From: Blastocystis sp. Blastoise
Lineage: Eukaryota > Protista > Bigyra: Opalinata
Direction of reading: 5' to 3'
DNA: 64,000 nucleotides
Assembly: GCA_039096225.1 (NCBI GenBank)
Contig: JBBPEB010000013.1
Location: 1,860,001 to 1,924,000, forward strand
Shown: in pieces, positions 23,829 to 38,362 of the stretch
Layout: every line of letters begins with the position of its first letter
How positions within the stretch are numbered: position 1 is the first letter of the stretch
Position numbers and translations under genes: made by a program
Notes under the pieces: generated by a model
Database searches by the model: none
Seen by the model: only the letters and a program-made list of their open reading frames with translations
Told to the model about the DNA's origin: nothing

Positions 23829-24974
23829 TTACATGGCATATTGACCTAATTGATTGAAAGTAGCTTCAAGGGAAATATCAGCATCAGGATCAGCCTTCAG
23901 TTTATGGAGCTTATTCCAAATATAGACAATAGTGCAAATAACAGCAAGTAAAGCAACACCATTTAAGATGTAGAAAATAGTAGAAGCGGAGAGACCAATG
24001 AATTTTTTAGAAGCACAATCATCACCACCATAGCCACTATTACAGAAACATCTAGCAGTTCTGACTTGACTATCGAAACCACACATACCATGATGGCCAC
24101 AAGCAACACCTTCACTATGAGGACAACCTATGTATAAGGATATAAAATATAAATATTTATTCTATCAGCTAATAAAAATAAATAAATAAATATATATATA
24201 TAGATAGATAAAAAAAAAATATAATAATGACAATAAATACATACTGACAGGACAACCATAGACAGTGTATACATAAAGATTATACATGCAGTAATCATCC
24301 CAAGCTTGAACAGTAGTAGCAGTATTAACAGAATCAGAAGTATCCTTACAAATAAAAGTCATAACAACAGTACGATAATAAGTAGAAGAAGAAGTAGAAA
24401 GAGATTTACAATAATCACCATTCTTTAAAGTAAGACTGACACCATAAGCAGGATCAGAAGAATCTATAATATATAAAAACAATAAATTTAGTTATTTTAC
24501 ATATATGTAATCATAATAAAATATATAAATAATAAAACATAACAACAAACTTTAAATTTAACAAAAAAAAAAAACACGAAATAAATAGATTAAAATACCG
24601 GCAAGGTACCAATTGTAATTTTCAGGTACAGTGATATCAGAAGCACCACGAGAACATTCAACTTGTTTGTTGTTACTAATGAAAACAGGAGCAGGAGTTT
24701 GATATTTGTGACTGGAATCATGTTCAGTTTCATCACAAGAGTTACCACCATTACTATCACGAGGAATAGTCTTGACGTTATTGCAAATGTTAAAAGTCCA
24801 GGTTCTGTTAGTGGAACCATCGAAGTTAGCTTCTTGAACGATATAATCTCCATTCTCGTTAGCAAGAGAAGTAAGATCATAAGTTACATCATAAAGAGGA
24901 CTCTTATAACTACAAGCAATATCAGTGCTTAAAGCTAAAGCTAATATGCCAGCAAATAATAATAATTGCTTCAT
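23829..24974 (-). CDS. Type I membrane protein with MRH (mannose-6-phosphate receptor homology/ATG27-like) domain and EGF-like repeat
   Basis: Signal peptide, YDLTSL...FNICN, GVSLTLKNGDYC, C..Y...YTVYGCP, EGF-like CFCNSGYGGDDC, TM helix and short tail. Three exons. Confidence 0.8.
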
Positions 24975-26716
24975 CTTATTTAATTATTAACAAGAATATA
25001 TAAAAATTATCATAATCGAAAAATCCTTTAATGACGATTGTAAGTGTAAAGATTAGTTTCGATGTCAGTCGGCCACTTTTTCTTTTTTCCATGAAAAATT
25101 ACCGAAATCTTGCGAGTTTAAACATATTAAGTTCTACACTTGCACAAACAATCTATTACATGAATTCTTTTATATATATTCATGGAAATAATCTTGAAAT
25201 GTATTTGAGCATATCTTTTTGTTTGTATTTCAATTATGGTTTTTTAGATGATATCTTTATTATGTGCGTGTCTTTTTCTTTGTTATGACTTGAAAATATC
25301 AATGGATTGTAATATACATTTAATGAATGGACAAAGTATTTAGGACAACACTCTTTTATCTGATTGCTGCTGATGAATGTGTTGTGTCGTGTTTTATGGA
25401 ATTTGATGTAAATCATTGTTGTAATATGCTGAAATATAAGTAGTAAAAAATTGGAATATGAGTTTCAACAGTATGTGTACAATTGAAACAATATAATTTC
25501 GTTTATATATAATAAATATTTTAAATATAGTTTAATAAAGAGTTTAAAGCTTCATTTTGGAATGAATAGATGACATTTGATTCAATTATAAAGAAGAATA
25601 AACAAAACAAAAAACAAATTTGTTTTTCATATTTATATTTACCAAATAATATATAAAAAAATGTATTCAAGTGGAATATATATTTAATAATAATTTTACA
25701 TAAGAAAATATATAAGATATATATATATATATTTAAATAATAGTAAATATAATAAATAATACAGAAAACAAAAAAAAAAATAATGAAGAAAAAAATAGGA
25801 GACATAGTCCATATATTGTCAGTGTATATAGACAAATAAAGAATCAACAATTATGATTAAAACAGAAAGCAATTAAAAGGCAATTAAAGTATATAAAAGG
25901 GCAAGAAGAGGTAGAAGAAAAAAATAATATCAAAAAAGAAAAAAAGAGAAATAATGAGGAAAAGAGGTGAAATAAAATGATAAAAATTAGTGAATATGAA
26001 CAGTGATAACTATATTTATATATAAAATTATATATATAGATAAGAAAAATAAAAAATATAATTAACAATCATAATTGTTCAAATATATATAAATTATAAA
26101 TAAATAAATAAATATATATATCTATAAGGAAATAAATGAGGATACTCAAATAAAACTAACAGAGAATTTCTAGAGATTAAATAAATATATGTATATATAT
26201 ATGTAGAGATAGTATATAATACTGTAGAATGCTTAGAGGAAATATCATAGTATATAAATAATTTAAAGAAAATATAAAACAACTAAAAGAATAAGTATAA
26301 ATAGTATCATGAATATAAATATAAATATAAATATAAATATACATGGATTCAAATATTTCACAAGCAAAAAAGAAAAGAAAACTCAAAGCATAAACAATAT
26401 AGATACATAATTAAAGAATAGACTGAAAATATATATAGATATGTATGAAAAAAAAAAACATATAAAAAAAATATATATATAAATTTAAAAAAATGAAAAA
26501 AATGAAAAAAATGAAAATTGAAACGATTCTCTTGAAAATATATAGAATAAACATGAATAACATAGAGTATAGAAAATTATAGTATAGAATAAGAAGTAAA
26601 TTGTTCATTAAGAATATATATATATATATATATAAACATGCTATATATATATTAATAGTATAGAAAAGAAGAGAGAAAAATAATAAATAGATAAAAAAAT
26701 TATATAAATAATAAAC

Positions 26717-27577
26717 TTATTGTTTATCTTCAGAATATTGATAAATAATATCATATAGATTTCTATCTTGAATAATATTTGTAGTTGTTTCGCCATTTGA
26801 GTTAATAAATGTATATGTACCATTAAATACTTGATCTTCACAAATACCTTCATAAATATCTTTATTTGGGCAACGTATAGTCATATTCGACACAAGAGTA
26901 TTTTGATCTTCGAAAAACTGTTCAGCAGTAACACCATTCTCATAATATGAAGTTCCATGAGAATAAGGTAATCCTTCTTTAAACTCACCTTCATATACCT
27001 TGATACCATTCTTATATAATGTACCAGAACCATCATATAAATCATTTTTAAACATTCCCTTATATTGATCACCATTTTCCATATTCAAGATTCCATAACC
27101 ATGCTTTTTACCATATTGAAACGCACCTTCATAAATGGTATCGTTTTCATAATGCATAATACCTTCACCATGTGGGATAAAAAGATAAAAATCACCTATA
27201 TAGGTATTACGGGGAGGAATCAAGTATTCATTTTGCATAGCAGGACTATCCAATGCAAGTTCACCAGCAAATTTAGTTCCTTTAGGAAAGATAAGCTTTC
27301 CATATCCAGACAATCCCTTTTCTAACACTTCATCCTTTTCTTTTAATATGCGATTTAGTGAGAACATGGGAGAATGACAAAAAAATAATAATTGATCAGA
27401 TTTACTCATATGAAGAATAGCCAAGGGAACCAAAAGTATAAAATTCAATTCAATAACGACAGAAGACTTAATTCTTAGTGTCAAACTTAATAAATAAATA
27501 TACCAAAAAAGAACTAGAGAAACAGTAATCGAAGTGTGTATAGTGATTGTCTTGCTGGTTTTATCAGAACCATTCAT
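26717..27577 (-). CDS. MORN-repeat protein
   Basis: Tandem YEGAFQYGKKHGYG, YKGMFKNDLYDGSG and YEGEFKEGLPYSHG repeats. Exact N-terminus uncertain. Confidence 0.85.
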   Translation of the reverse strand: MNGSDKTSKTITIHTSITVSLVLFWYIYLLSLTLRIKSSVVIELNFILLVPLAILHMSKSDQLLFFCHSPMFSLNRILKEKDEVLEKGLSGYGKLIFPKGTKFAGELALDSPAMQNEYLIPPRNTYIGDFYLFIPHGEGIMHYENDTIYEGAFQYGKKHGYGILNMENGDQYKGMFKNDLYDGSGTLYKNGIKVYEGEFKEGLPYSHGTSYYENGVTAEQFFEDQNTLVSNMTIRCPNKDIYEGICEDQVFNGTYTFINSNGETTTNIIQDRNLYDIIYQYSEDKQ

Positions 27578-28443
27578 TTTATAAGACGCGTCATTACTAC
27601 CAATAATTTGTTTTATCTGGAAAAATCTCGCACCTCATTGGATGATTTCAGACTTGCTGTTTGGTATTCATTTATATAATTCTTTCCTGAATTAACGAGA
27701 TTTCCGTGGTTCTCTATTTAAATAGTTTTTATTTTATCTTTGTTCTTTAACTCACTCCTTTTTATTGATCCAGTTTTTAAACCTATTTGGTTTTACTGTC
27801 TTTATTAACTAGACCTCTTTATATATACAAAGTAATAAACCTTACTCATTTTCATTCACTATATTGCATATAATTTTCTCATAAAATGCAGAAAACGAAT
27901 TTAAATCTCTTTTATTTGAAATGATGCTTTTTTTCTCCTGAGTGTTTCTTTTTATTCAACTATTTTAGTTTTATTAGAATACTCGAATTCAATTTTGATG
28001 CATAAATTATATTCATTTACATGAAAAACAGATATCCTAGAGTTAACAGTCAATTGAATCCTGATAATAATTATGGAGAAAGATAAAATTATTCTTAGTC
28101 TATATATCTTGAAACGCCTTGTATAGTAGAGAAACTTCGAAATTAAGATAGAGAGCGTGTTTCTTTGAATTATTTTTTCAGGCTTTCTTCAAATTCTTTC
28201 AAGATTAAATTAAAATATAGAAAGATAACCTTAATTATTTCATAAATATTTATATATATGACTAAAAACAACAAAATAAAAGAAATAAAAGAATAATTAA
28301 AGAATGTTGAATAATCTTGATAATTTTAAATTTCTTTGAGAAAAACAGTTTCTTAGAAGAAGAAATTGTTTTCATATCTTCTTTTGATTTAAAGAGATAT
28401 TTTATTTATATCTTTGAAAGCTATTCTGTTTTATTTATAAACT

Positions 28444-29323
28444 ATGCCTGCATTTAACTCACAATTGAATGATCCTTGTGCTATTTTAGCTTGTGGATGT
28501 CCTATTCTTCCATTAAGATCTTCAGTGAATGGACCTGCTCCTAAACTTGCTGAAGGTAAATCAGATTTTATTGACGAAGCATTTGACTTATTCAGAGCTA
28601 ATGTTCTTTTTTCCAATTTTGAAATTAAAACTCCTGCTGATCGTACATTAACATTTTGCATTTTATATATTAGTCGAGTATTTATTATTATATATATAAT
28701 TATTTATTTATTTATTGCTTTATATTTCCATATTATCATATATTTTTATGATATATCTATTTTATAGTGCCTTCGAGAAATAGAAAAATGTTCAGATGCT
28801 GTTGATGGTATTTATTCATTATATATATAATATTATGATGATCCTATACTATATAGCTCAAAAGATTCTTTATATGTTATCAAATAAAACACTCGCTGTT
28901 CCAGGAAGTAATAATTATACATTATCTAAAGTATTTCCTGCTCCTGAAAATAAAAAAGAAGCTGGTATATATATATATATATATTTGTTTATTTAATTTT
29001 TTTTCTAATATTTTAAGTTCCTTTTAATAATTTTTTTCATAGTTATATTTTTCTATTCATTATATATATATTATTCTATAGATCTCTATATAAGTTATAT
29101 GAATCAAATTCGTGAAGAAATCAACAATAGAATTCCTCTTTATATGTATATATAATATAATAAGATACTTAATCATAGTGATAACTATTTCTTTTATAAT
29201 ATAGTCCTATTATATATTATATTATTATATATATATAGATTTAAAGATGGTGAATGGTCTAAGAAATGGTGGATGACATTTTCAAAGACAAATTTTATGA
29301 ATTTAACATTACCCTTATATTAA
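28444..29323 (+). CDS. ARPC3: Arp2/3 complex subunit 3 (p21-Arc)
   Basis: MPAFNSQL, DFIDEAFDLFRANVLFSNFEIKTPADRTL and SKKWWMTFSKTNFMN. Confidence 0.95.
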
Positions 29324-29635
29324 TAAGTTCTTTTATATAAAATATACAGTTTTATTTATTATTTGAAATGAATATTTATGATCATCATTTTATAGAATTA
29401 GCTTATAGTTTTTATTTATTTTACTTATTTGTTTTGCTTATTAATTATTGAATAGATAATCAAATCCATGTTGAACTATTGAATAACAAAACAGGAATAA
29501 CATAGAAAAATCATATGTATTTGATATAAATGAATATAAGTAAGAAAAAATTAATTTTAAAATAAGTTATTTCCTATAGTTCTTTTAGAAAGATAATTAT
29601 ATTAAATGATACATTTGATTCACAAATATATATAT

Positions 29636-30116
29636 TTAATTCTTTTTCATAGATCGAATAAGTTTCATACCAACAAGGAAAACTCCATGAACAACAACTA
29701 AGCGAAGAGCTTTCTTGCCATATTTGACCCAATTACTTTCTTTTTCTTCTTCTTTCTCTTCAACTACAGCTTTCTTTACAGTAGTAGCAACAGGAATAGA
29801 GTCTTTCATTTCTCCTAAGTACCATTGTTTAGAGACAAGAGGGAAAGTAGCAACAGATTCTTCTAATTCTTCATCACTAGAATAATGACTTAAATATTCA
29901 ATTGTCTTATATATAGCTTGAGACATCAATTCACTACGTTTCTCACCTACTTCTAGTAAAGATATATTAAAGAATATATATATTTAGAGGTATATTTGAA
30001 GAATAAGTATTATAATAATAGTATATATAAAGGATATAGACTTCCTTATGATTAGGAGAAGGACGATTATCATTAGGATATTTACACTATATAATAATAA
30101 TAAATATAATATGTAT

Positions 30117-30179
<63 letters not shown>

Positions 30180-31489
30180 CATAATAAACATAATAAACAT
30201 AATAATAATAAACATAATAAACATAATAAACATAATAATAATAAACAAAACATGTTCTGCATAAATATGCAATAAATGTATATATATATATAACTATATA
30301 TATACACAATTGGTAATAAGACTGATGGCCATGACTTTCATGCCCATGTGGCGAGCAGCATTGACTTCAGGAACTGTGGACATACCGACGGCATCAGCAC
30401 CAGCGGTAGAAATGAAGTTGATTTCCGCGGGGGACTCGTAACATGGACCACTGTTAAAGAAGTAACTATATATATATATATATTTATATAGAATTGAAGA
30501 TAATAGTTCATAGTAATATTTATATACATGATACTTTTATAGAAATAAATACATAAATAAATAAATATATAAATAAATAAATAAATAATAAAAAAAGTAA
30601 CTAAGATAATTCTATATATATCTATATACACTCCAGATCTAAGAATATCTGTTTGTCCCATATCTTGCATAACCTTACAGAATACTTTACGATAATTCTT
30701 ATTATAAGCACCATCGATAGAAGGGAAACGAGGACCAAAACGCTCATCATTAGGACCAACCTTTATAGTTATAGCAATATAATATACATAGAATAATAAA
30801 GATAATAAATAAAACAAAATAATAAGTATAATAAATAAAACAAAATAATAAGCATAATAAATAAAATAAAATAATAAATAAAAATAAACATAATAATAAC
30901 TATCATACAAGTGCATTCTTTCCTGACATTTCTACGAAATCAATATGATCTTCAATAATCATTAAATCACCAATTTTATAATCACGATTTAAACCACCAG
31001 CAGCATTAGTTAAGAAAACACTTTCAATACCAAGACACTTCATGAAACGAATGCCAGCAATGACTTGTTGCATACTGAAACCTTCATAACTATGGAATCT
31101 ACCACAGAAACAAACAACATAGGTATCACCGATTTCACCACAAACAAGTTTATTAGCGTGACCAACAACTACATAGAAATAAATTAGATAGTTATATGCA
31201 AACAAGTTATAATAATTAGAAAATGATAATACCTGTTGATGTAGGGAAACATTTGATATCAGTGTATCTAGATAAAAATAAGTACATTTAGAAGATAATT
31301 GAAACAAGAGATATACGGGAATTCAATAGGATTTTTGATGGACTTAACAATATTACCAAGTCCAGAACCACATACAATACCAAATCTAGGAATATTAGGA
31401 AGCTTTTCAAGAAGCTCATTGGCACATTGTTGATATTCTTCAAAAGTACTCTAATCTAATAGTTGTCGCAATAAAAATAATCATACCAT
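29636..31489 (-). CDS. PNP: Purine nucleoside phosphorylase (trimeric PNP) with C-terminal extension; contains an AT-AC intron
   Basis: GIVCGSGLG, VVGHANKL, GRFHSYEG, LTNAAGG, GPRFPSI, GPCYESPAE, GADAVGMSTVPEV, SLITN and NHKEVLE. Confidence 0.95.
29956..30037 (-). other. U12-type (minor spliceosome) AT-AC intron in PNP, 82 nt
   Basis: Donor ATATCCTTT, branch-like TTCTTTAAT, acceptor TTTAC. Removal restores NHKEV-L-EVG, and no GT-AG pair found restores this frame. Confidence 0.9.
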
Positions 31490-32993
31490 GCTTATAAATA
31501 ACTGCTAGAAAACAACAAATAACGATTCAAATTAAAAGAAAAAGTGAAAGAATCGTTTAGAACAGCAATCTGTTTGTTTCTACAAAATTCTCTTTTTTTT
31601 CTTAAGAAATAACCGTGAAAAACATGACAATCTTTATTAGAGATGGGCAAGGTACATGGAGTTTCTTTTTTCTAAAAAAGTATGTGCAAAATTTTTATTC
31701 TTGTTCTAAATAGCCAGGACATATTTCTTAAATAGTTTTAATATATTTTTACATTTATTATATTATTTCTCACACTTCCAGTATAAAATTTTGATAATTG
31801 GATATAATAATTGGTCAACATTTACTTTAGTAGTATTCTATTATAAATTAAAACATCATGACTATTATATTAGACTCGTGCTTACCAATGTTAGAGATAT
31901 AATAAAGGATTATAAGCATGGCTAATTTGAATAACTTCCTATTTTTTACTTATTCTCTACCATATTCTACCGTTATTAATCACAAATGACTTTTAATGTG
32001 GAAAGAGATAATAAACTACAAATATAATCTCATCAAATGACACATAAATGGAACACTTTTCCATTTAGAGAACAGATGTAACTCAAAATAAGGCAGTCAT
32101 AGGTCACAGAACAGAATAATATTTGTATATTGTAAGATAATTGAAAAGAATACATTTGTAGTAATTTTATTTAGTGATTTCTCGTATAAAGAATATCTTA
32201 ATTTGTCTTGTATATTTAAAAAATTGTCTTTTAATTTCTATTACTTGAAAGTAAGATGCTATTTTTTAAATAAATATTCATTTCCATTATGATCATCGTT
32301 CTAATCGTTCTTATTGCTTAAAAGTAATGTTTTTGTGTATATTCATTTATTTATTTGTTCACAAAAGATAATTTGAATAATTTGTTAATATATTATTCTA
32401 TATAATCTACATGTAATTGTACTCACAACCAGGAAAATTGTTTTATGATTTCAAAACTGTGACATTACCATGTTAATATTTAGAATAATATACTATAAAT
32501 AATCTACTTGCTTTAAATACCACGTTTAACAAGAAAAATAATTAAATTCTATGCGATAACGAAATATTATATTTTTATTGTAGAAAGTTTTATTATTTTA
32601 TGATATAAAGTGGCTTAATAGTTTCAATGTAGTTATCTAAGCATTTTGTGATATGTTTTTGGTGGTATCTCACTATAATGACATGTAATTAAAGAGTAAC
32701 AATTTATTATAAATACTTTTTTAGGATTTAATATATACTACTGTGGTTATCTACAACATTTACATTTATATCATCAATTAAATCATCAATATTCAACGTT
32801 GTTCTGATTTACCAATTGTAATTCTGAATATCGTTAAGACTAACTTATTTTTTTGGATTCTTTCACTTCAAATAGGCTACCTATGGCATATAAAATGCTT
32901 TCCTCTTTATATTATAACTTCAACATATTCATGAGATAATATCTATCATACACAAAAAAACCACTTTTTTCTCCCGTGAAAAAATCATGAAAA

Positions 32994-33066
32994 TTTGTAG
33001 CTACTTTGGGTAGCTATTTTCAGCTACAAAGTAGCTACAAGTAGCCACAAAACTTGTAGCTACTTT
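32994..33066. repeat. Cluster of six GTAGCTAC-like palindromic octamers in a gene-free interval
   Basis: GTAGCTAC at 32997, 33031 and 33056, with variants at 33010, 33021 and 33041. Confidence 0.85.
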
Positions 33067-34230
33067 TGCCCATCTCTAATCTTTATCCATATTTTAAAAG
33101 TCAGTTTTACATCTAATATTATGTTGACTAGCGGATATCTATTTGTATTCTATATAGGTTTTCTTGTAAAGCATAACCGACAAATATAGAAACAAAAGTA
33201 GAGATAATTTCATTTCGTTTCGACTTTCTTCTTGGGATTCTTGGAGATAATGAGTGATCAGTGATATAAATATTGTTTGAAATATGTAGATATGATTAAA
33301 AAGTAGATTTATGTTAGAAAAATGGGATCTCTTTTAATTTAATATTATATTCATGAGCTAGGAGACTGTATATATAAGATATCAAAGTGTATATTATACA
33401 GAAGTCTAGATCATTTCAATAATGGATTCAGGATATAGAATTTGGCGTTTAAATTATAACAGATAAAATATGAATTGTGAAGAAGAAATATGAATGTAGA
33501 ACACTTTCTATTAAAATATGATGCTGTAGGAAATAATTAAATAATGGATATATGTATAATGTGTTTTCAAATTGCAAACATTTTTCATTTTTTTTTGGAT
33601 TTCATTATTTTATAATTTATAGATTGTTACAGTTAATATTGTTAGAAATATTGTATAAAAATTGTATAATAGATCAGAAATGGTGTTTTATAAAGAAATG
33701 AAATAGATTATTCTAAAAAAAGGATTCTAAAGATGATGAGAAAGTGTATAGATTTTGACATTATAGATTACTATCATTAATTTATATGATTATGCTATAA
33801 AAGAAATATTTATATACTAATCCTTGATAGTGAAGAAGATATAGTCTAAATAATATAGTGCCTGTTATATAGAACTTAATTCATAATAATAAATATATAT
33901 TACTCTCTGCTTCATTGAATAGAAATTATATACATACATGGTTACTATTTTATAAAATATATAGATTTATATATATTGTGTCGAATTACAATGTAGTCTA
34001 TAAACAAAACATATAACAATGTTTTTGTGAGTATTATAACTAAGAATAAACAATAATTAAAAAAATGCAAATAAATAATAGCTAATGAATCACGAATAGA
34101 TATTTTAGACAAATGATTGGATGAATAAATGATATTATCCAATTATATATGCTAAAATGATAATAGTGTCTCTTAGTGATATATAAATGAATAACTAAAA
34201 AAAAAATATATATATATAAAAGTAGAGAAC

Positions 34231-34630
34231 TTATTTTTTAATGATTTCCGCGATTAAATCATCTTTATTGATAAAAGTATTTAATTCTATATTTCCAAAA
34301 TGAACACGACCACTTGAAGGTGCACACAGAACATGCTAAATTAGTATATAGTAGAAATAGATATAGTATTATATGAAGAATTTTATATATATTGAATTTA
34401 TTCATAAAGAGTTTTATTTATTTATAATAAAGCATAGAATATATATATATATGTTTACTTCCATTTTCATGGCTTCAATGATAGCCACAGTATCTCCTTC
34501 TTTTACTTCTTCTCCTTCTTTTACCGCCATTTGGATGACTTTGGCGGGCATGGGACACAATAAAGTAGGTCTCTGATTCTTCTTTAATGAAGTTGTAGAA
34601 ATAGTTTTTGGCTGAAGAAGATAAGAATAA

Positions 34631-34675
<45 letters not shown>

Positions 34676-35688
34676 TTTAGGAATTTAGAGATATTAAAAG
34701 ATAATAGTATGAAAAATAATGAGTATATAGAATATGATGTTATAGGAATTATATATAGAAATATAAGAAACTATTTTAAATAATATTGGTATATTATTAA
34801 AAATGACATATATATATACGAAGTGATTCAGAAGTAGGGAAAATAAATAGTTTTTGATCTTCTTCTTGTTTCATATCTACAGAATACATACTCTCTAAAA
34901 TAGATACATAAACACGGTTATTCTCTTTGGAAATGTATTCTATAGGAATACAATTAGATGCATTAGGTAGCTATAGAATAACAATAAATTAATATCATTA
35001 ATAATAAATTAATATTATTAATAATAAATATACATAAAGAGAAATGGTATTCTTTTGATGCATCATTTTACACTGAATTTCATTTTTATTTAAAAGGAAC
35101 GAATAATCGCGGGGAAGATTTAAGGTATTACGAAATGATGATAATGATTCCCATGGGGATGCTATGAAATAATATATATATATTATATAATTTGATAAAA
35201 ATTAAAAAAGATATTTATACTATATATATACAATTATTTGATTTTAATACGTTTTGAATATAGAACATAGCCGCAGAAAGAGCCAGTTCGAGAGTTGAAT
35301 ATTCCGTTGAGGGTTTTATTTGTGGATAGAGGGTATTTAGTAACGTAGATGAGGGATTAGAGGATGTATATAGAGGATTAGAGAGAAACTGATAGAGAAA
35401 ATCAATATTGGTATCAATACCTGCTATCTATATATATATATGGATATATAATAATTGATAAAATTAAAAAAAAAAACATTTATATGAAGTTAATCAGAAT
35501 ATAGATAATAATTTGATAGATATATATATATATACTTGAAGTCCTTTTAATGCTTTTTTCATCTTATAAATAGCTTCTTGACGATCTTTTCCTTTAGTAA
35601 TAAGTTTAGCAATCATTGGATCATAACTAATATCTACATTTGTACCCTTCTCAATACCTATATATATAGATATATAATAATAATAAAG

Positions 35689-35729
<41 letters not shown>

Positions 35730-35730
35730 G

Positions 35731-35826
<96 letters not shown>

Positions 35827-35832
35827 TCTCAG

Positions 35833-35886
<54 letters not shown>

Positions 35887-36197
35887 TACCAATATCAAGT
35901 TGAATGTCTTTATCATTATATATCTCTTTATCGATGGATAATTCTTTTATTAAGCCTGCTGAAGGAAGAAAATCGCTGTATATAATAGATAAATATATGT
36001 ATATAGAGTAATATTAATTAATATTAATATAAATAAAATATATAAGTATTTATATAAAGATATACAATAATAAGATGAATATAATATATATGTCTATATA
36101 TACTTATAAGTTTGTTCAGCATATATTCTTGTTTCAAGTCCACAACCTTCTTTTAATATATCTTTTTGCTTTCTAGGAATAGGAAAACCAGCAGCAA

Positions 36198-36234
<37 letters not shown>

Positions 36235-38263
36235 TTTATGATAAAAAAAAGCATAAAAAAATAATAATTGATAACAAAAATAAAATCTATAAAAAGTAAT
36301 TCAATAAATAGTGTTTAATACATAATTATATACACGCATTTGCCATTCTACAAGGTCGATTCCCGTGGTTATTTCAGTGATTTTATGTTCTACTTGAAGA
36401 CGAGTATTGACTTCCATAAAATATATGGATGGCTTATCTAAATAATATAAATAGAATAAATAGAATATAATTAATAAATAGAATAAATATAATAAATAGA
36501 ATATAATTAATAAATATAATAAATAGAATAAATAGAATAAATAGAATAAATAGAATAAATAGAATAAATAGAATAAATAGAATAAATAGAATAAATAGAA
36601 TAAATAGAATAAATAGAATACTTATAATATAATTAATAAATATAATAAATATAATAAATATAATAAATAGAATAATAATAACAATACTACTATACCTTTG
36701 TTCGTAATATCAATAAGAAATTCAACTGTACCTGCTCCTTCATATTCAAATATTTTAATGATTTCCCGCGAATATTCATAAACTTGTTGAAGAATAGACT
36801 CTGAGAGACATGGTGCTGGAGTCTCTTCAATTATTTTTTGATAACGTCGTTGAATAGAACAATCTCTTTCATATAAACATACACCTATATATATATATTG
36901 TATAAACAATAGAATGAAATAGACTCTATATATAGAGTAGACATACCTTCTTCTTCACCTGTAGAATCGCGGTTATTATCACGATTTCGCCCAACAATTT
37001 GAACTTCAATATGTCTTGTATTCCCTAAATATCTATATATATAAATAAATAAATAATAAAATTAAATATAGAATGAATATATAAAGATAATAATAAATAT
37101 ACTTTTCAAGAATAACTTTATCATTATCAAAAAATTGTTTTGCTTCCCGCTTTCCAGAAGCGAGGGCAGTTTCTAAGTCTTCTTCTTTATACACTAATTT
37201 CATACCCTTTAATGATAATAATAAATATAAATATAATAAATATAATAAATATAATAAATATAATAAATAATAAATATAATAAATATAATAAATATAAATA
37301 TAATAAATATAATAAATATAAATATTATAAATATAATAAATATAAATATAATAAATATAAATATAATAAATATAATAAATAATAAATATAATAAATATAA
37401 TAAATATAAATATAATAAATATAATAAATATAAATATAATAAATATAATAAATATAATAAATAAATATATATAATAAATATAATAAATAAATATATATAA
37501 TAAATGTATATATACCTTGCCACCCCCGCCATAAGCAGCTTTTACTAACAAAGGGAATCTATATAATAGTATATAATAGTATATAATAGTATATAATATA
37601 AATAAATAAATAAATAATATAAATAAACAAACAATAATAATTATCAAAGTAAAAAATAATTTTATACCCAATTTTTTTGGCTTCTATTATTAATGTAGGA
37701 ATATCTTGTTGATCTCCAGAATATCCAGGAATAACAGGAATTCCTGCTTCTCTTGCTTTTTCTTTTGCTGTTCTATATATAAGTAAATATTATTTATAAA
37801 AATTAAAAAAAAATACTGTTTTGAACTTAAATCATTCATTGTTTGAGGAGATGGACCAATGAACTTGATTTTATTCGATTGACATAACTGAGCAAATTGC
37901 GGGTTTTCGGAAAGAAATCCATAACCAGGATGAATTGCCTGAATTAAAACAAGATTCAATGAATACTAAAATAAAAATAAGACTACCATACTTGAGCGTT
38001 AGATCTCTTTGCAATCTCAATGATTTTATTTGCGTTAAGATAACCTTGGTTACCTTCTCCAACATAATAGGCTTCGTCTGCCTAAGATAGAATTAGAAAA
38101 CTATTCAAAATAGTCTCAAACGTACTTTCTTTACATATTCCGAAGCTTTGTCCGAATTAGAATAAATAGCAACTGTTTTCACACCTAATTTTTGTGCTGT
38201 TTTCATTATACGAAGAGCAATTTCTCCTCTATTAGCAATTAGTATTTTATCAAAATATGGCAT
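34231..38263 (-). CDS. Biotin-dependent carboxylase alpha subunit (methylcrotonyl-/propionyl-CoA carboxylase alpha-like: BC + BCCP)
   Basis: [72 protein letters not shown] and biotinylation motif EAMKME. Confidence 0.92.
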
Positions 38264-38362
38264 AATATCAAAGAAGAGTAGATAACCTTCATAAATCAAA
38301 AAGAAACACAGAAATGTTGAATCATTTTCTGAAAGAATAACAAAAAAAAAAGATAAAAATTT

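Noticed and set aside
25500-26716. Possible gene in the 1.2-kb A-rich stretch (several F/I/L-rich minus-strand ORFs)
   Set aside because: It is low-complexity sequence with no exon-like segments, more likely a long 3' UTR or spacer downstream of the MORN gene.
32994-33066. CRISPR-like array
   Set aside because: The repeats are only 8 nt with 2-7 nt spacers, there are no cas genes, and the context is eukaryotic.
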